Shown here: piece by piece, positions 1 through 14,130 of the stretch
Layout of the letters: the number at the start of each line of letters is the position of its first letter
Numbering within the stretch: position 1 is the first letter of the stretch
Source: Octopus vulgaris
Lineage: Eukaryota
Assembly (NCBI GenBank): GCA_951406725.2
Contig: OX597833.1
Span: 43,524,001-43,588,000 of the forward strand
DNA: 64,000 nt
Direction of reading: 5' to 3'
Position numbers and translations under genes: made by a program
Notes under the pieces: generated by a model
Database searches by the model: none
What the model was told of the DNA's origin: nothing
Seen by the model: the letters and a program-made list of their open reading frames with translations, nothing else

Positions 1-22
1 GATTTCAGACGAAGGATACCAA

Positions 23-61
<39 letters not shown>

Positions 62-656
62 TCAACATACAACTTCACATCAGGAATTTTGCAAAGCAAA
101 ATATAAATGTAAAAACAAAAATACAAATTCACGAAAATAAAATCCTCCCTCTACCCCCCACCCCCGTCAATATTAAAAAGTAAAAGTTGGGGGAGCAATA
201 TGTAAATATCAAATGGAATGCTTCTGTGGATGGAGGGAAGAAGGAGTGAATAAAGAAGCAGAATAACTGGACAGATACACAGTTACTCAAATGTGCCCAT
301 CCCACATGAAAGAAAAAAAAAACACTAAAAAATTAAAATAAAATATAAAAATTCAGAAATTTGCACAAATGCAGCAAGGGTAAGCAAATAAATGAATACA
401 GGGTCTAGTGAACTAAAGGCTAACAGTAAAGAGAAAAAAAGGACAAATTTTTGCCCTTCGGTGTATCTTCATCTGTATAAGTAGATAGATAGACAAACAG
501 ACAGTTGAACAAATAGATCAATACACAATTAGATATACAACAATAATACAAAAAAAGATGGGAAGGTCAGCTATAGAGCATCTTTCATGAAAAGTCTGCT
601 TCATCAAGACTGACTTGGTGTAAAACAAAAATATACAAACACTATTTATATATTTA

Positions 657-687
<31 letters not shown>

Positions 688-1111
688 TTTTGTTGATGTT
701 GCAAGAATTCTATAAGCTTTCAGAAAAGCATGAATCCTTCTTTGGAAGATCTTGAAGCACACACATAAAGCAGTAAATTTTAATGTAAATATTTACATGG
801 TATTATTTATAGCATTATGCATGTGTTTTGAGATATTTCAAATATATATATATATATATATACATAGAAGAGGATGTGTGGCATTCAATCATATAATATG
901 TATATATATATATATATGATAAATGACCATTTGGAAGGCCTCCACGATGGTGGAGTTACAATTTCAGGAGGGTGATTGGGATCACATGGATGAGAAAGGC
1001 GTGATCCAGAGAGGAGTGGACAGCATGCTGTGACCAGCGGTATCAAATGGACGCCCGACGGACTGGACAGTCAAGGTGATATATATATATATATAAATCT
1101 ATATCTGTCTG

Positions 1112-1150
<39 letters not shown>

Positions 1151-2086
1151 ATGTGTGGGTGTGTATATATGTGTTAATATATGTTTCACAACCATTTTCC
1201 TTCCCATGCTCAAATATGTTGAAAATATTTTTAACTACATTCACTGTCACTAGAGCTTATATGTGGATGATGCACTTACCAACTGTTTACTATTTAATCA
1301 TGAACAAGGGAGTGGAATAGGCTTCCATTTACAAGTATAGTCAATTGAAGTTCAGGAGTTTATGGCACATATATATGTTTATATATCTGTCTACACATTT
1401 ATGTATACATAGACATATATGAGGTTGCAAAGAATAAAGAAGAAACATACCTCCAGGATATAATATTATATATAAGTGTATGCATAAAATTGAAGAGAAT
1501 AGTGGCGTGTGAGCGTAATAAAATGTATAACAAAATCATTTGAAAAATATGTTGCAATACAGTAAAACTCAAAAAATATTTCAAAATATTTCAGTGGAAT
1601 GATATGAAGTAAATGAAAAACAATTATAAAAAAAAAAGAAAAAAAAAAGAAAGAAACAAATAGTGATTTCTACTTCTGCATTGCATTTCTGCCCCTGCAT
1701 TTTGTCCAAGGGTTTTTCAGTCGATTATATAAACCCCAATAATTCACAGGTACTTATTTTATCAACACTGAAAGGATGGAATGTAAAGTTGACTTTAGTG
1801 GCATTTGAACAAGAATTGCAGCTACCTCATGGAGTTTATTTTACTGCTCTTCTGGACCAGTCAATACAGATTCAAATACAAAATTTTTTTTAAATAATCA
1901 AAAATTATAGAAAATACCGTCACCAAAATTTTACTACTTTATCTTTTTTATCGTTTAAAATTTTTCTTTTAATATGAAAATATAAACAAATTATGCTTGT
2001 ATTTTATTTAGTGTATATTTAGCAATTCTCTTCTTAACACTGATGCTGTGTGAATTTGTGTGCATGTAAATGTATGTGCATATATA

Positions 2087-2660
2087 TCCTTTTATTCTTC
2101 AACTTGTTTCAGTCATTTGACTGTGGTCATGCTGGAGCACTGCCTTGAAGGGTTTTAATTGACCTCCAAGACTTATTTTTTAAAGCGTAATACTTATTCT
2201 ATTGGTCTTTTTGCCAAACTGCTAAGTTGCAGGGAAGTAAACACATCAATACCAATTGTCAAGTGGTGAGGGGTGGGGGCAAATACAGACAAACACATAC
2301 ATACACACACACACACATCCAACCATCTTATTTCAGTTTCCATCTACCAAATCCACCCACAAGGCTTTGGTTGGCCTGAGGCTATAATAGAAGACACTTG
2401 CCCAAGGTACCACGCAGTGGGACTGAACCCAGAACCAAGTGGTTAGGAAACAAGCTTCTAACCACACAGCCATGCTTGCATGCACACACACACACACACA
2501 CACGACAGGCTTCTTTCAGTTTCCCTCAACCAAATCCACTCACAAGGCTTTGGTTGGCCTGAGGCTATAATAGAAGACACTTGCCCAAGGTGCCCCGCAG
2601 TGGGACTGAACCCAGAACCAAGTGGTTAGGAAGTAAGCTTCTTACCACACAGCCATGCTT
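2087..2660 (-). mobile_element. Family-A SINE plus adjacent duplicated 5' half
   Basis: Reverse complement of the 24076 copy; head segment present twice (about 2325-2480 and 2505-2660). Confidence 0.8.
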
Positions 2661-2900
2661 GCACGCACGCACGCACGCGCACACACACACATATATATTG
2701 CAAAACTATTAGATTCTCAGAAATTGTATTGATATATTGATATTAACATTAACACTTGATTTTTTTATTTTGTAAATTCTTTTTTCATTTTCTTATCCAC
2801 TACAAACTATGTACACACACATATATATAGCTTACTTTTCTGTTAATGTAAGATCAACAAAAAAGTACTCCATCCAGAAAGAGAGAAATATTATTTAATG

Positions 2901-3200
2901 TACATAGGATACAGTTATGAGCCACTTATAGTTTCATGCACTGGAGATGTAGTCAAGGCAAGTTTTAATAACATGCCTTGTTTCTCCAAGAGATCTTCAG
3001 GCTCTGAGCACATGGCCTGTGCAATTTACAAATTAGTATGCTAGCACAAGCATCCTGATTTGTAAACTGTACACAGTTTACAAATTGGGTGCTTAGAGCC
3101 TGAAGATTGCTTGAAGACACAAGGAATGTAATTAAATCTTGCTTAGACTACATTTCTAATGTATGAAGCTATTAGCAGCTTGTAACTGTACACTGTGTAC
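2901..3200. mobile_element. Old fold-back/MITE-like element with ~110-bp imperfect inverted arms
   Basis: gtacataggatacagtta...atcttcaggctctgagcac pairs with gtgcttagagcctgaagat...taactgtacactgtgtac. Inner perfect hairpin atttgtaaactgt-ac-acagtttacaaat. Confidence 0.7.
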
Positions 3201-3639
3201 GCTAAATAATATATATATATATACACATACAAATATAGATACATACCCACGTATATTTGCATAGCAGATGTGTGTGTGTGTGTGTGTGAATGTAATATCT
3301 TCTGTTGATAACATTAAAACAATATCTAACGACTAAAAAAAACCATACTTTTAAATATGAAACTTCTGCAAGAAGTTGAAACCATTGATAGTGATACATT
3401 CGGTTAAAATATCAATGCTTGTAGCAGTATATATATATATATTGCAGTATATATAATTAGTGGTAACAGTAGTAGTACATAATATTAACACTGGATTTTC
3501 TTTTAACCTCTGAGATGATTCAGTTTCTTGTTGTTTTTTCCTTATTTTTATTAATATTATTGATGATGATGTTATTCATGGTTCTGAAAATAAAGAATAT
3601 TTGGCTATGTGTTTCAAATGAACTAACGTAAATGTGTGT

Positions 3640-3683
<44 letters not shown>

Positions 3684-5832
3684 CATGTATGTGGTTTCCA
3701 CATGAATTTTTTTGGATTACCTCCCGCCCCTTCATACACACACACAGAGTAAAAAAATGAATAAAATTCAACATTCTTGTTTTATATAACATGTCAAGTT
3801 CTTTTTCAAACTGTTAATGAAAAAAAAAAAAATATATATATATATAATAAAATATGTTAAAAATAAAATTTCGTATTTTTAAATTGAAATAAAATCAATG
3901 GCAACAAAAAAAAAATTATAGCACCCCATCCACAACTTTCATTTCATTTAAAGCATCGTCAATAGATCAAATTCTGCAGAAGGATCAAAGACCCAAGAAG
4001 TCAAAAAAAAAAAAAAAGAAAGAAAGAAAAAAAAGAATTGTCAATGACATTTGTGTGTAGTCAATCATTTATGATGACATCTATTTTCTGAAGGATTACT
4101 ACAGTGGTAGAAATTGGAATTTCTAACCATAGGTGCAAGACCACACATTTTGTAGGAGCAAAAGTCATTTAGAATGACACAATTCCCACTATTACCTAAC
4201 TGAAATTTATGTACAAGTTAACTATTAGTCCAGAAGGATTAATAGTTAATTTGGTCTGGGCAGGATTTGAACTCAGAATGCAAAGAGGAGCATATTTTGT
4301 CAATTGCATTACCAATTCTGCTATCAACAGCAATCCATACAATACACTTTTGATGATGGGTGAAAATCTACAAAATTAGTATTGAAAATATGTGGACTAA
4401 GTTTAAAGTTTCTTAGGTAGTTAGACCTTTGAAAAGCCTGGGATACTTGGAAAAATTTTTTTTAAATAATGGTTTTGAATTCTGACATAAGGCCAGTAAA
4501 TTTAGGTGAAGTGGGTAAGTAGATTACATTGACAGGTACTTATTTTATCAACTGCAAAACTATGAAAGGCAAAGTCAACCTCAGCAGAATTTCAACTGTG
4601 AAACCAGAAACACTTGGCATTGTGCCTGACCTGTAAATGATTATGCAGCTTGCCATCTTTTAATTTGTTTAAATAATAAGGGTCCTAGAAGTGAAAAAGG
4701 TTGGCAGCCAATGGTATAGCAAATTGGACATCGTGTTTTGAACCCCAGAGAACTAAGAGATAAGGGGACTTCAGTAGATATCACAAGGCATTTTGTCCTT
4801 AATTCTAATGATTCTGCTATCCACTGCTCAAAGAACAACAAACATGAAAATGATTTCTTTCATTGGTACAGGGTCACAAATCTTTAGGAGAAGGCAGTGT
4901 CATATTTTAGTTGAGACCAAGTACATCACTAGTAGTTATTTTACTTAACCCATAGAAGTGAAAAGTGAAATAATTTCAGGTAGAATTTGAACTGAGAACA
5001 TTGATTTTAACATTTGGATAATAATAATGACAATTATTTCTAATACAGGTACAAAGCCAGAAATTTTCAAGAAGAGGTTGATCAATTAAATCAACTTGAA
5101 TATTTGACTGTTACTGCATTTTACTGACTCGAAAAAGAACGAAAAGCAATGGTGACCTTGGTAGGAATTGAACTTAGAGCATAAAGGACCATAAGTAAAT
5201 ATTGTCATTCATTTTGGCCAATACAGTTCTTCCAATCCACCACTTTGAAAATAATATTATTATTATAGAATCTTCAAGTAACAGCAATGTACTGGAGTCA
5301 ATGTAACTGACATACCCACTCATGCCTTTGTGTCGACATTTGAAAGAATTATTATTATTATTATCATTATTATTGTTAATAATAATAATTATACTAATAA
5401 AAATATATTCTTACATTAGAAAAGGCCTGACAGTATATTTTTTAGAAGGGAAGGAAATTAAACAATTCATATCAGATTTAGTATTTAACAAGTAAACTAG
5501 TTAAATACTAGCATCTTAAAGATCCTCAAAAGATGAGAGGCAAAATTTGACCATTCCTGTGTATGTATGCATATCTGTAAATATTTTTTTGTGTATATGT
5601 ATACATATGTATATGTACATGTGTGTGTGTGTGTGATTTCACAGAATTAAACTTTTTCTTTTATAAATGAAAAAATAGCATAAATGATTCACATCTTTGT
5701 ATAAAAAGAATTACTATATATGAAAAACAATGGCCATTAAAATACATATATGTGTGTGTGTATGAATGTGTGTGTGTGTATATACACGTATATAAAAGAT
5801 TTACACATATTTTCTTAATGTCAGTAACCATT

Positions 5833-5988
5833 TCACACAGCAGAACCTGGTGCATATCGCTGGCTGTAGGAGCCACCATCATCTTCATCTTCTACATTCA
5901 TTACTGGGTTCGCTTTACCTTCAACGGTGTAGACACCTATGTCTTGATTGTTTCGTGGGTTGGCATTGGCCCGACCTGTTTGTTTTGT
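5833..5988 (-). CDS. Terminal coding exon C: 51-aa tail TKQTGRANANPRNNQDIGVYTVEGKANPVMNVEDEDDGGSYSQRYAPGSAV* with class I PDZ-binding C-terminus
   Basis: Acceptor cttttctttttttaacttccag|ACA AAA, phase 0; 156 nt = 51 codons + TGA. GC-richer non-repetitive island. Absent from the ORF track in this frame. Confidence 0.8.
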   Translation of the reverse strand, partial: TKQTGRANANPRNNQDIGVYTVEGKANPVMNVEDEDDGGSYSQRYAPGSAV

Positions 5989-7945
5989 CTGGAAGTTAAA
6001 AAAGAAAAAGAATTAAAATCACACAAAAATCAGCTTAACAATCCTTTCTATTATATGCACAAGGCCTTAAATTTTGCAGAGAAAGAGTTAGTCAATTACA
6101 TCAACCCCAAGATCCAACTGGTATTTACTCTACCATACCCCAAAAGACTGAAAGGCAAGGATAAATGTAATGCTGGAAGAAATGCCACTAAGTATTTTAT
6201 CAGACATGCTAACGATTCAATACATACACCAGCTAAATAAAGGTTTCAAATTTTGGCACAAGGCCAGCAGTTTTGAGGGAGGGGGCCAAGTTGATTACAT
6301 CGACCTCAGTGCTCAACTGATACTTATTTTATTGACCCTCAAAGGATGAAAGGCAAAGTCAACCTTGGCAGAAATTGAACTCGTAACATAAAAAGCATCC
6401 AGTCTATACTGTAAAGTGGTTGGCATTTGGAAGGGCATCCAGCAGTAAAAACCACACTGAAACTAACCTCAACTGTGCTGGTGCCACATAAAAAGTACTC
6501 AGTCCACTTTGCAAGGTGGTTTAGGAAGGGCATCCAGCCGTAAAAATCATGCCAAAACAGATACTGAAGTCTAGTACAGTCTTCTTCCAAGCCAACTGCT
6601 GTCAAACTATCCAACTGATGCCAGAATGGAAAGCAGGCATTAAATGGTTACGATGATGAACATAGACACACAAAATGCCACTAAGCACCTTGCCTGGCAT
6701 GTTTCATAATTAACTGAACCCAAAGTAGTGTATTTCAACACAGATATAGTAACAAAAGTACTTTATTTTCTCAAACCCAGAAAGGAAAAAGCAGATTCGG
6801 TTTCAGCAGAATCTGAATTCAGAATGTAAAAGAATGTACCTAAAAATTGCAAGGCATTTTCTCCACTACTCAACGAAATTTGTTATCTCAACATGGTCAA
6901 ATATTAAGCTACCACTTTCAAAATTAAATCATCATCATCATTGTTCAACATCCGTTTTCCATGCTAGCATGGGTTGGACGGTTTGACCGGGGTCTGGGAA
7001 GCCAGGAGGCTGCACCAGGTTCGAGTCTGATCTGGCAGTGTTTCTACAGCTGGATGCCCTTCCTAACGCCAACCACTCCGTGAGTGTAGTGGGTACTTTT
7101 TACGTGCCACCAGCACAGGGACCAGAGGAGGCTGGTAATGTCCACGATCAGTTGGTGCTTTTTACATGCCACCGGCTTGGACACCACTCAAGGTGGCGCT
7201 GGCATATATAAACATATCTATTATTAATACAGTAGTACCTACCTACCCGCCTCTTATGTCATGCTAAAGGAAGTAGTTCAGAGTAAAATAAAGAAACAGT
7301 TGGTACTTATAATTATAGTAGAAGTGGCAACATTAGTATAGGAGGAGGAGAAGTCTTCCTTTCAATACCAATCCACCTGAAACCACCTCTGGCTCTGTAG
7401 TACAAAAGTCTTGTTTACATGAGTTTTCAATTAAAATCTTCCACCAAACCTTAGTCACATGTTCCTAACATTAGCTTAATGATAACTAAGTTATTTTACT
7501 AAATTCTTTGTTATACTTAGAATTAATTGAAAGAAACACAGAACATCTCAAAATAAATACGGTAACGAAAAGGGTTAAATTTTTACAAGTTACTTTCTTA
7601 ACAATAAGAAATTCTATGTATCTATCAATCCATTTTTCTGCCATCACTGTTTTTCTCACTCAATACACTAGTAACCTACACGACTCACAGAACATGGTTT
7701 ACTTCAGTTTTTGCAATGCAATCGTTTCAGGAAATAAATTATTATTTTCTTACAACCATTTTAAAATCCATTTTAGTATTGAAAAATTTATCAAGAATGA
7801 AGAATGAGTAATTTCACTAATTCAAAGAAGTGATGCAGTAGCAATGCATCTTTGTTTAAGTTACATCCCTTAGTGTTCCATAACTTATTGGTGCCACATA
7901 TATAGAGATCAATAAGAAAACAGATTGAAATAGTGTTGGAGCTAC

Positions 7946-8342
7946 TCTTTACTCTTTTACGTGTTTCAGTCATTTGACTGCGGCCATGCTGGAGCACCGC
8001 CTTTAATCGAGCAACTCGACCCCGGGACTTATTTTTTTGTAAGCCCAGTACTTATTCTATAGGTCTCTTTTGCCGAACCGCTAAGTAACGGGGACATAAA
8101 CACACCAGCATCAGTTGTCAAGCAATGCTAGAGGGACAAACACAGACACACAAACACACACACGCACATATATATATACGACGGGCTTCTTTCAGTTTCC
8201 GTCTACCAAATCTACTCACAAGGCTTTGGTCGGCCTGAGGCTATAGTAGAAGACACTTGCCCAAGGTGCCACGCAGCGGGACTGAACCCGGAACCATGTG
8301 GTTGGTAAACAAGCTACTTACCACACAGCCACACCTGCGCCT
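7946..8342 (-). mobile_element. Family-A SINE
   Basis: Near-identical to the 24076 copy on the opposite strand. Confidence 0.85.
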
Positions 8343-8989
8343 AGTTAGTATAATATAGTAAAAAACAAATAAAAAAAAAAAGAAGTCAGCTCTCCCATCT
8401 TCCCTCTTCCTTCAAAGAAGGCAAATTAAATCCAGAAAAATATTAATTTTTCATGAGAAGAATTAAATTTCTGAGTTGCTTTCTCAGGAGAATATTTTCA
8501 TCTAGTATCACACACAAATAAACAAATGCACACAAGAAATACACATACAATACGTACATATATGTATATATACAATTGTCTCATACAATATAATAATGCA
8601 TATGTGAATAAAGTATGAGCCAGAGAGAGAGAGAGGGAGAGAGAAAATAACATGAAGATTACGAGGAAAAAAAATTTAAGCAGTTGCTCAACCCTCAAGA
8701 CATAGCAAGTAAATCATTTTCAAACCACACCCTATCATCTGAAATAAAAGAGGACATAGTAAACAGTGATAAACAAATACGAGAGTAGTCATGGAGGGAT
8801 TGTCTTTGATCATGGATGAATTAGGGCTAAACATCTTTATCCCTAACAAGTGCCAATGCGAAAACTTGACTTGGCCACTCAAACAAGAAATAGCAGCCAA
8901 ATAACACCAACTCATACCCAACTGTTTTAAATATAGGATACAATTAGGCAATGTAGTCCTTGATAGATTAATGATCCTCCTGGTTAGTC

Positions 8990-10660
8990 ATTCAAGAAAA
9001 TTTATTTTTTGTGTGTTTTTCATGTTTATTGCTTCCTTGCATCTGCCACATCTTCCTGTGATACTAATGTATCTCTTATGTATCCATTCTTTTCACTGGG
9101 AAAACTATATGCAATTTCTACCAACACCTTTTCTACATACTGAACAAGACCATTTTTCTGAAAGGATTAGGGTACTTCCTGATTTCCTACTTACTATGAA
9201 TTAGGTCTTTTCCAAGATAACTTTAAGACCCTATGGTTCCAAGTTTTGCTTCCAAACATGGAATTTCATATCTAATTCTACTACAATTTCAGTTATAAGA
9301 ATAAAGTCATCAGCATAAAGGAGTTCCCTTATGTAACTGGTTTTAAAATCTTCTGTTATGGCCAAGACAACAATGATAAACAGGATGGGGCTATGAGCTA
9401 AACCCTGGTAAACTCTTATCTGCACACTAAATTCATCAATATACTTGTTAAAACTCACTATACTGACAACACTCCTGTATATGGTTTGGACAGCCATTCA
9501 TCTATTCTTTGCTTCTGCAGCAACCACCAGATCAGGAAGCAAGAGAATTTGTTACAGTTTCCCTACAAGTTGACAAAAGCCATGTTCATTGGTTTACTTT
9601 TGGTTAAATTTTTCCCCTGCGGTTACCTTACTAGGAAGAGAGCATCAGTAGAACTTCTCCCTGGCACAAAATCAAATTGCATCTCATAACTTGCATGGCT
9701 TGATTCAGCAACTTGATTCTTGTAAATACTCCACTCTAAGTTATCTCTATTACCCTTTGAAGCAGTTCACTATATATTTCTTTACTATCCACAAGGGGCT
9801 AAACAAGGACAGACAAAGGGATTAAGTCGATTACATCGACCCCAGTGCGAAACTAGTACTTTATTTATCAACCCCGAAAGGATGAAAAGCAAAGTCGACC
9901 TCGGCGGAATTTGAACTCCGAACATAACGACAAACGAAATACCGCTTGGCATTTCGCCCTTCGCTCTAACGTTTCTGCCAGCTCGCTGCCTTCACTAAGC
10001 AGTTCACTATAATGCTACTACACCAGCCATTGAGTATAGTACCTTCCTGTACTACCTCATTAACTATATAGGTCAGATGATTAGGCCAGATATATTAAAC
10101 AACTGAGTTGTAATTTCCAATGGACCAGAGTTTTTCCCTGTCTTCATATTCTTAAGTAACATTATTTATCATACTGCTGTCAACTAGAATGGCTGGTCCC
10201 TCTGTTGGGTTCACATTTGGAAGGCTTTCTTTCTTCCATGCGTTCTCCACATTTATGTAGCATTTCAAACGGTACTTCCATTTGTCTTTGCTTTCAGAAT
10301 CACCATGTGCAAGTGTACTATTATCTATCTGTGCAAACCTCTCTTCTGCAACAGCTTGATTTTCTCTGATACATTGTTTTGCAATCCAGAATACCTCATG
10401 TCTCAGGTCATTTTACTACAGAACATTGGCAAGCCTTCTTTTTTGCTTCTCTCCTCACTAAATATACCTATTGCCTACCTTCTCTTTAAGCTACTTAGTA
10501 TAATTCTCTTCAACTCCCATTCTTCTATTCCTTCCAAGCTTATTATCACTTTGTTTGTATGGCTTTACATATTTCACTGTTCCAGTATCATGTCACACTT
10601 GGTTTGGTCTACAGATCTCTGGTCTGTATACTCACCAAATTGATTGGTAATTAGATCATT
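8990..10660 (-). mobile_element. Decayed RTE-clade LINE, interrupted by a SINE
   Basis: ORF 9231..9497 has RVYQGLAHSPILFIIVVLAITEDFKTSYIRELLYADDFILI, paralogous to the 26.8-kb copy. Upstream RT remnants extend to about 10.65 kb. Confidence 0.75.
9775..9996 (-). mobile_element. Family-B tRNA-derived SINE with 15-bp TSD
   Basis: TSD aagcagttcactata at 9760-9774 and 9997-10011. Head ggcagcgagctggcagaaacgttag; B-box-like ggagttcaaattccgcc. Confidence 0.85.
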
Positions 10661-11675
10661 GGCTGGTTATATATATATATATATATACTTTATAATTAGG
10701 GTTCAGCAAAGATTTGCATCACCACATACCGAAGTTTAGAAATAGCAGTCAAAAAATCTTAGCTATTCCTTCTACTTTAAAAGGGGCTCCCAGAAAAACC
10801 AAAGTACTTGAAAACAATCCACGCAGGCAAAAGGGAAAAATAACGAAAATCAATCAATATTAGGTTACCCACGTACGCGCGTTTCGGAACCCTAATTATA
10901 AAGTATTACTTAAGCTTACCATGAAATGGTCTTTTTCATGCTGAATTCTACTTGGTGAAATTACTGATTACTTCTTAATTAATTAATTTTACCCTTTGTT
11001 ATTATATATATATATATATATATATATGCATACACAAATTTAACACACATCCTGTAATTCAAATACAATAACAACATATAAACAAATATATTTTACACCT
11101 ATGCTTGGTGCAGCCATCTGGTTCACCAGCCCACAGTCAGACCGTCCAACCCATGCTAGCATGGAAAGCAGACGTTAAATGACGATGATGATGAATACAT
11201 ACAACAGACATACAGTCCACAGTTGCAAGCATACATATATACATGCTCTCTCTCCCTCTCACACACACATACACATAATCTTGATCTATTATAAATAGCA
11301 GTCAAATTTCTTTTACTCCACTATTTAAAAAAAAGGAAAACAGATTGAACATTAGACAAGGGTAACCCTGGATCCTTCTGGAAAGACAAACGTTGCTTAA
11401 CGAAACAACTGCACATTCTGGTCTAAGTCTAACCTGGGTTAAACAACAAAATACATATTTATAATATCTACAAAAATTACAGAAAGAATCCCCCACTCCA
11501 ACATGCACACTCTAATCAAACATACCTGTCTTCTCCCCTCTCTGTCTCTCACACACCTCATTGAAGTTGGTTGACCTAAATTTTTTAAGCCACAACATAA
11601 TATGACAAAAATAGAAAAGCAAATATGCAATGGGTTCTGTAATGTAGGACACTGGCTATTGAAATGATGTGACAT

Positions 11676-11711
<36 letters not shown>

Positions 11712-11793
11712 CAATACAGAAAGAATCTGTATAGACCAGACAAACATATACATACACACATCCAAAACAATACACCCACCTTTAATAATGTTT

Positions 11794-11869
<76 letters not shown>

Positions 11870-12443
11870 GTGTGTGTATGTGTGTGTGTGTGTTAATTAT
11901 ACACGCTAACCTAATTAAAGACTGATGTAAATTATATATATATATATAAGTGTAGGTGCAGATTATTTATAACAATACACCCACTTTTAATTATGTTTTA
12001 TATATGTGTGTGTGTGTGTGTGTGTGTTAGTGTGCATTATATATGCATAATGTATTAAAGATGATTGTATGTATGCATACTTATTTAGTTAAATACAATT
12101 TTAAATACACAGATAAAAGGAGAGAAAGAATGATACACATAAAATAGTCTAATATACCTGAAGATCATGCTTTCAACACACACACACACACACACACACA
12201 ATTCAATATATATGAACACATACATGAACATATACAAATAAACATTGACACACACTCACACACACACTAAAGTAGCTTTCTGAAATTTTCTTTCAGTATA
12301 TTGGAATGCTAAGATTAGCAAATTATGACAAGTTGTAAACGCAATGAAACTAGTCAGTTAAGCCTGCAATCCAACCGTCACCATGAAGCCGATTTTGACA
12401 ATAAGTCTAACTAGCTATACTTTTTTGCCTTTTATTTGTTTCA

Positions 12444-13075
12444 TATTTCTTTATCGCCCACAAGGGGCTAAACACAGAGGGGACAAACAAGGACAGACAA
12501 AGGGATTAAGTCGATTAGATCGACCCGAGTGCGTAACTGGTACTTAATTTATCGACCCCGAAAGGATGAAAGGCAAAGTCGACCTTGGCGGAATTTGAAC
12601 TCAGAACGAAGGGGCAAACGAAAAACCGCCAAGCATTTCGCCCGGCGTGCTAACGTTTCTGCCAGCTCGCCGCCTTCTATTTTATTTGTTTCAGTCACTG
12701 GACTGCAACCATGCTGTGGTGCAGCTTTCAAGAGTTTAGTCAAAGAAATCAATGCCAGTACTCTCTTATTTTTCAAGTCTGGTACCTACATATTCTGTCA
12801 GTCACTTTTTTTACCAAACAACTAAGTTATGAGAACACAAACAAACAAACCCCAGTGGTCAAGCAGTAGTGGGGGGGGGACAAACACAAAGACACATACA
12901 TATGTATATGACAAGCTTCCACACAGTTTCCATCGATGAAATTCACTAACAAGGCAGTGATGGTCAGCACAGAACTATAATAGAAGACACTTGCACAAAG
13001 TGTCAGGTAGTGGGATTGAACCTAAAACTATGTGGTTGCAAAGTGGCCTTCTTAAACCACACAGACATACCTGTG
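12444..13075 (-). mobile_element. Family-B SINE (12444-12676) abutting an older family-A SINE (12680-13075)
   Basis: Similarity to the 9775 and 24076 copies. Confidence 0.75.
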
Positions 13076-13087
13076 TCAATATGTTGA

Positions 13088-13317
13088 TTAACCCTTTCGT
13101 TACCACATTTATTTTGAGATGTTCTATGTTTCTTTCAATTAATTTTAAATATAATAAAGAATTTAGTAAAATAACTTAGTTATCATTAAGCTGGTGTTAG
13201 GAACATAAATTGTGACTAAGGTTTGGAGGAAGATTTTAATTTAAACCTTATGAAAAAAAGACATTTGTACTACAGAGCCAGAGGCGGTTTCAGCCGGGTT
13301 GGTATCAAAAGGGTTAA
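13088..13317. mobile_element. piggyBac-like MITE family 1 (TTAA-flanked); further copies about 7370-7578, 35960-36186 and 57319-57547
   Basis: ttaa|ccctttcgttacc ... ggtatcaaaaggg|ttaa; internal sequence shared among copies. Confidence 0.75.
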
Positions 13318-13442
13318 AGAGAGAAATATGCCTTTATTCACAACCCATTCTGTATGGGTACAGCAGTAATTAATATTTGCCCACCAATCTTGTTGTAATG
13401 GCACAGTCTTGAATTCATTTTGATAAAGTTTTTAATTACTAT

Positions 13443-13763
13443 TCTGTTGTGTCTGGGGAGAGTCATTTTCTTTTTGTGCCTTATAATGTAACACACTCAC
13501 CAATAAAATTTCCACTTATTTCTTATTTTTATTTTCCTAAAATTTTTGTTGCATCTTTAACGGACTGAGTCAAGACTATTGAAAAGGTTGCAAGATGCAA
13601 CAATAATTTTAGGAAAATAAAAATAAGAAATAAGTGGAAATTTTACCGGTGAGTGTGTTACATTATAAGGCACAAAAAGAAAATGACTCTCCCCCAGACA
13701 CAGAATATGCTTCAACACACGAACTCATATGAAGAATCTTGCAAACCAAATCCCAAAACGAAA
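13443..13763. mobile_element. Fold-back element (~115-bp near-perfect arms) with 12-bp flanking direct repeat
   Basis: Arms about 13441-13557 and 13591-13707. tttaattactat at 13431-13442 and 13764-13775. Confidence 0.75.
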
Positions 13764-13966
13764 TTTAATTACTATATTTTGGCATTTTGGAAAGAAGTGT
13801 TAAACAAATCCTGATGAGTTGTGAATACACATTAACTTATAACTTCTTTTCTTGTTCTAAAGTACCACCAATCATTTGACTTAACTGTGTGTGTATTGGG
13901 ATAGATAGTGGGGAGGAGTGATTATTTTCAGTGAAACATGTTTATCACCTATCACACAAACTCTTA

Positions 13967-14006
<40 letters not shown>

Positions 14007-14130
14007 TATTAGTTAGTCATCCACAAGTCAGAAATAAAAGCACACTCAATATAAGAAATAAACCAATTTTGTTTATGTTGAGTACGTTATTCAAACTACA
14101 ATTAACCAAGCAGTTTAAAAACTAAAGATA

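Noticed and set aside
5752-6240. + strand 162-aa ORF with hydrophobic, membrane-like segments
   Set aside because: It is the antisense of exon C plus microsatellite and SINE sequence; the splice signals support the minus strand.
11330-11510. Possible extra minus-strand exon(s) (ttccag|AA GGA TCC AGG GTT ACC CTT GTC TAA = GSRVTLV*; nearby TGCATG)
   Set aside because: The PDZ-like ending needs phase 1, incompatible with the phase-0 upstream donors, and several AGs compete. Not supportable without RNA data.
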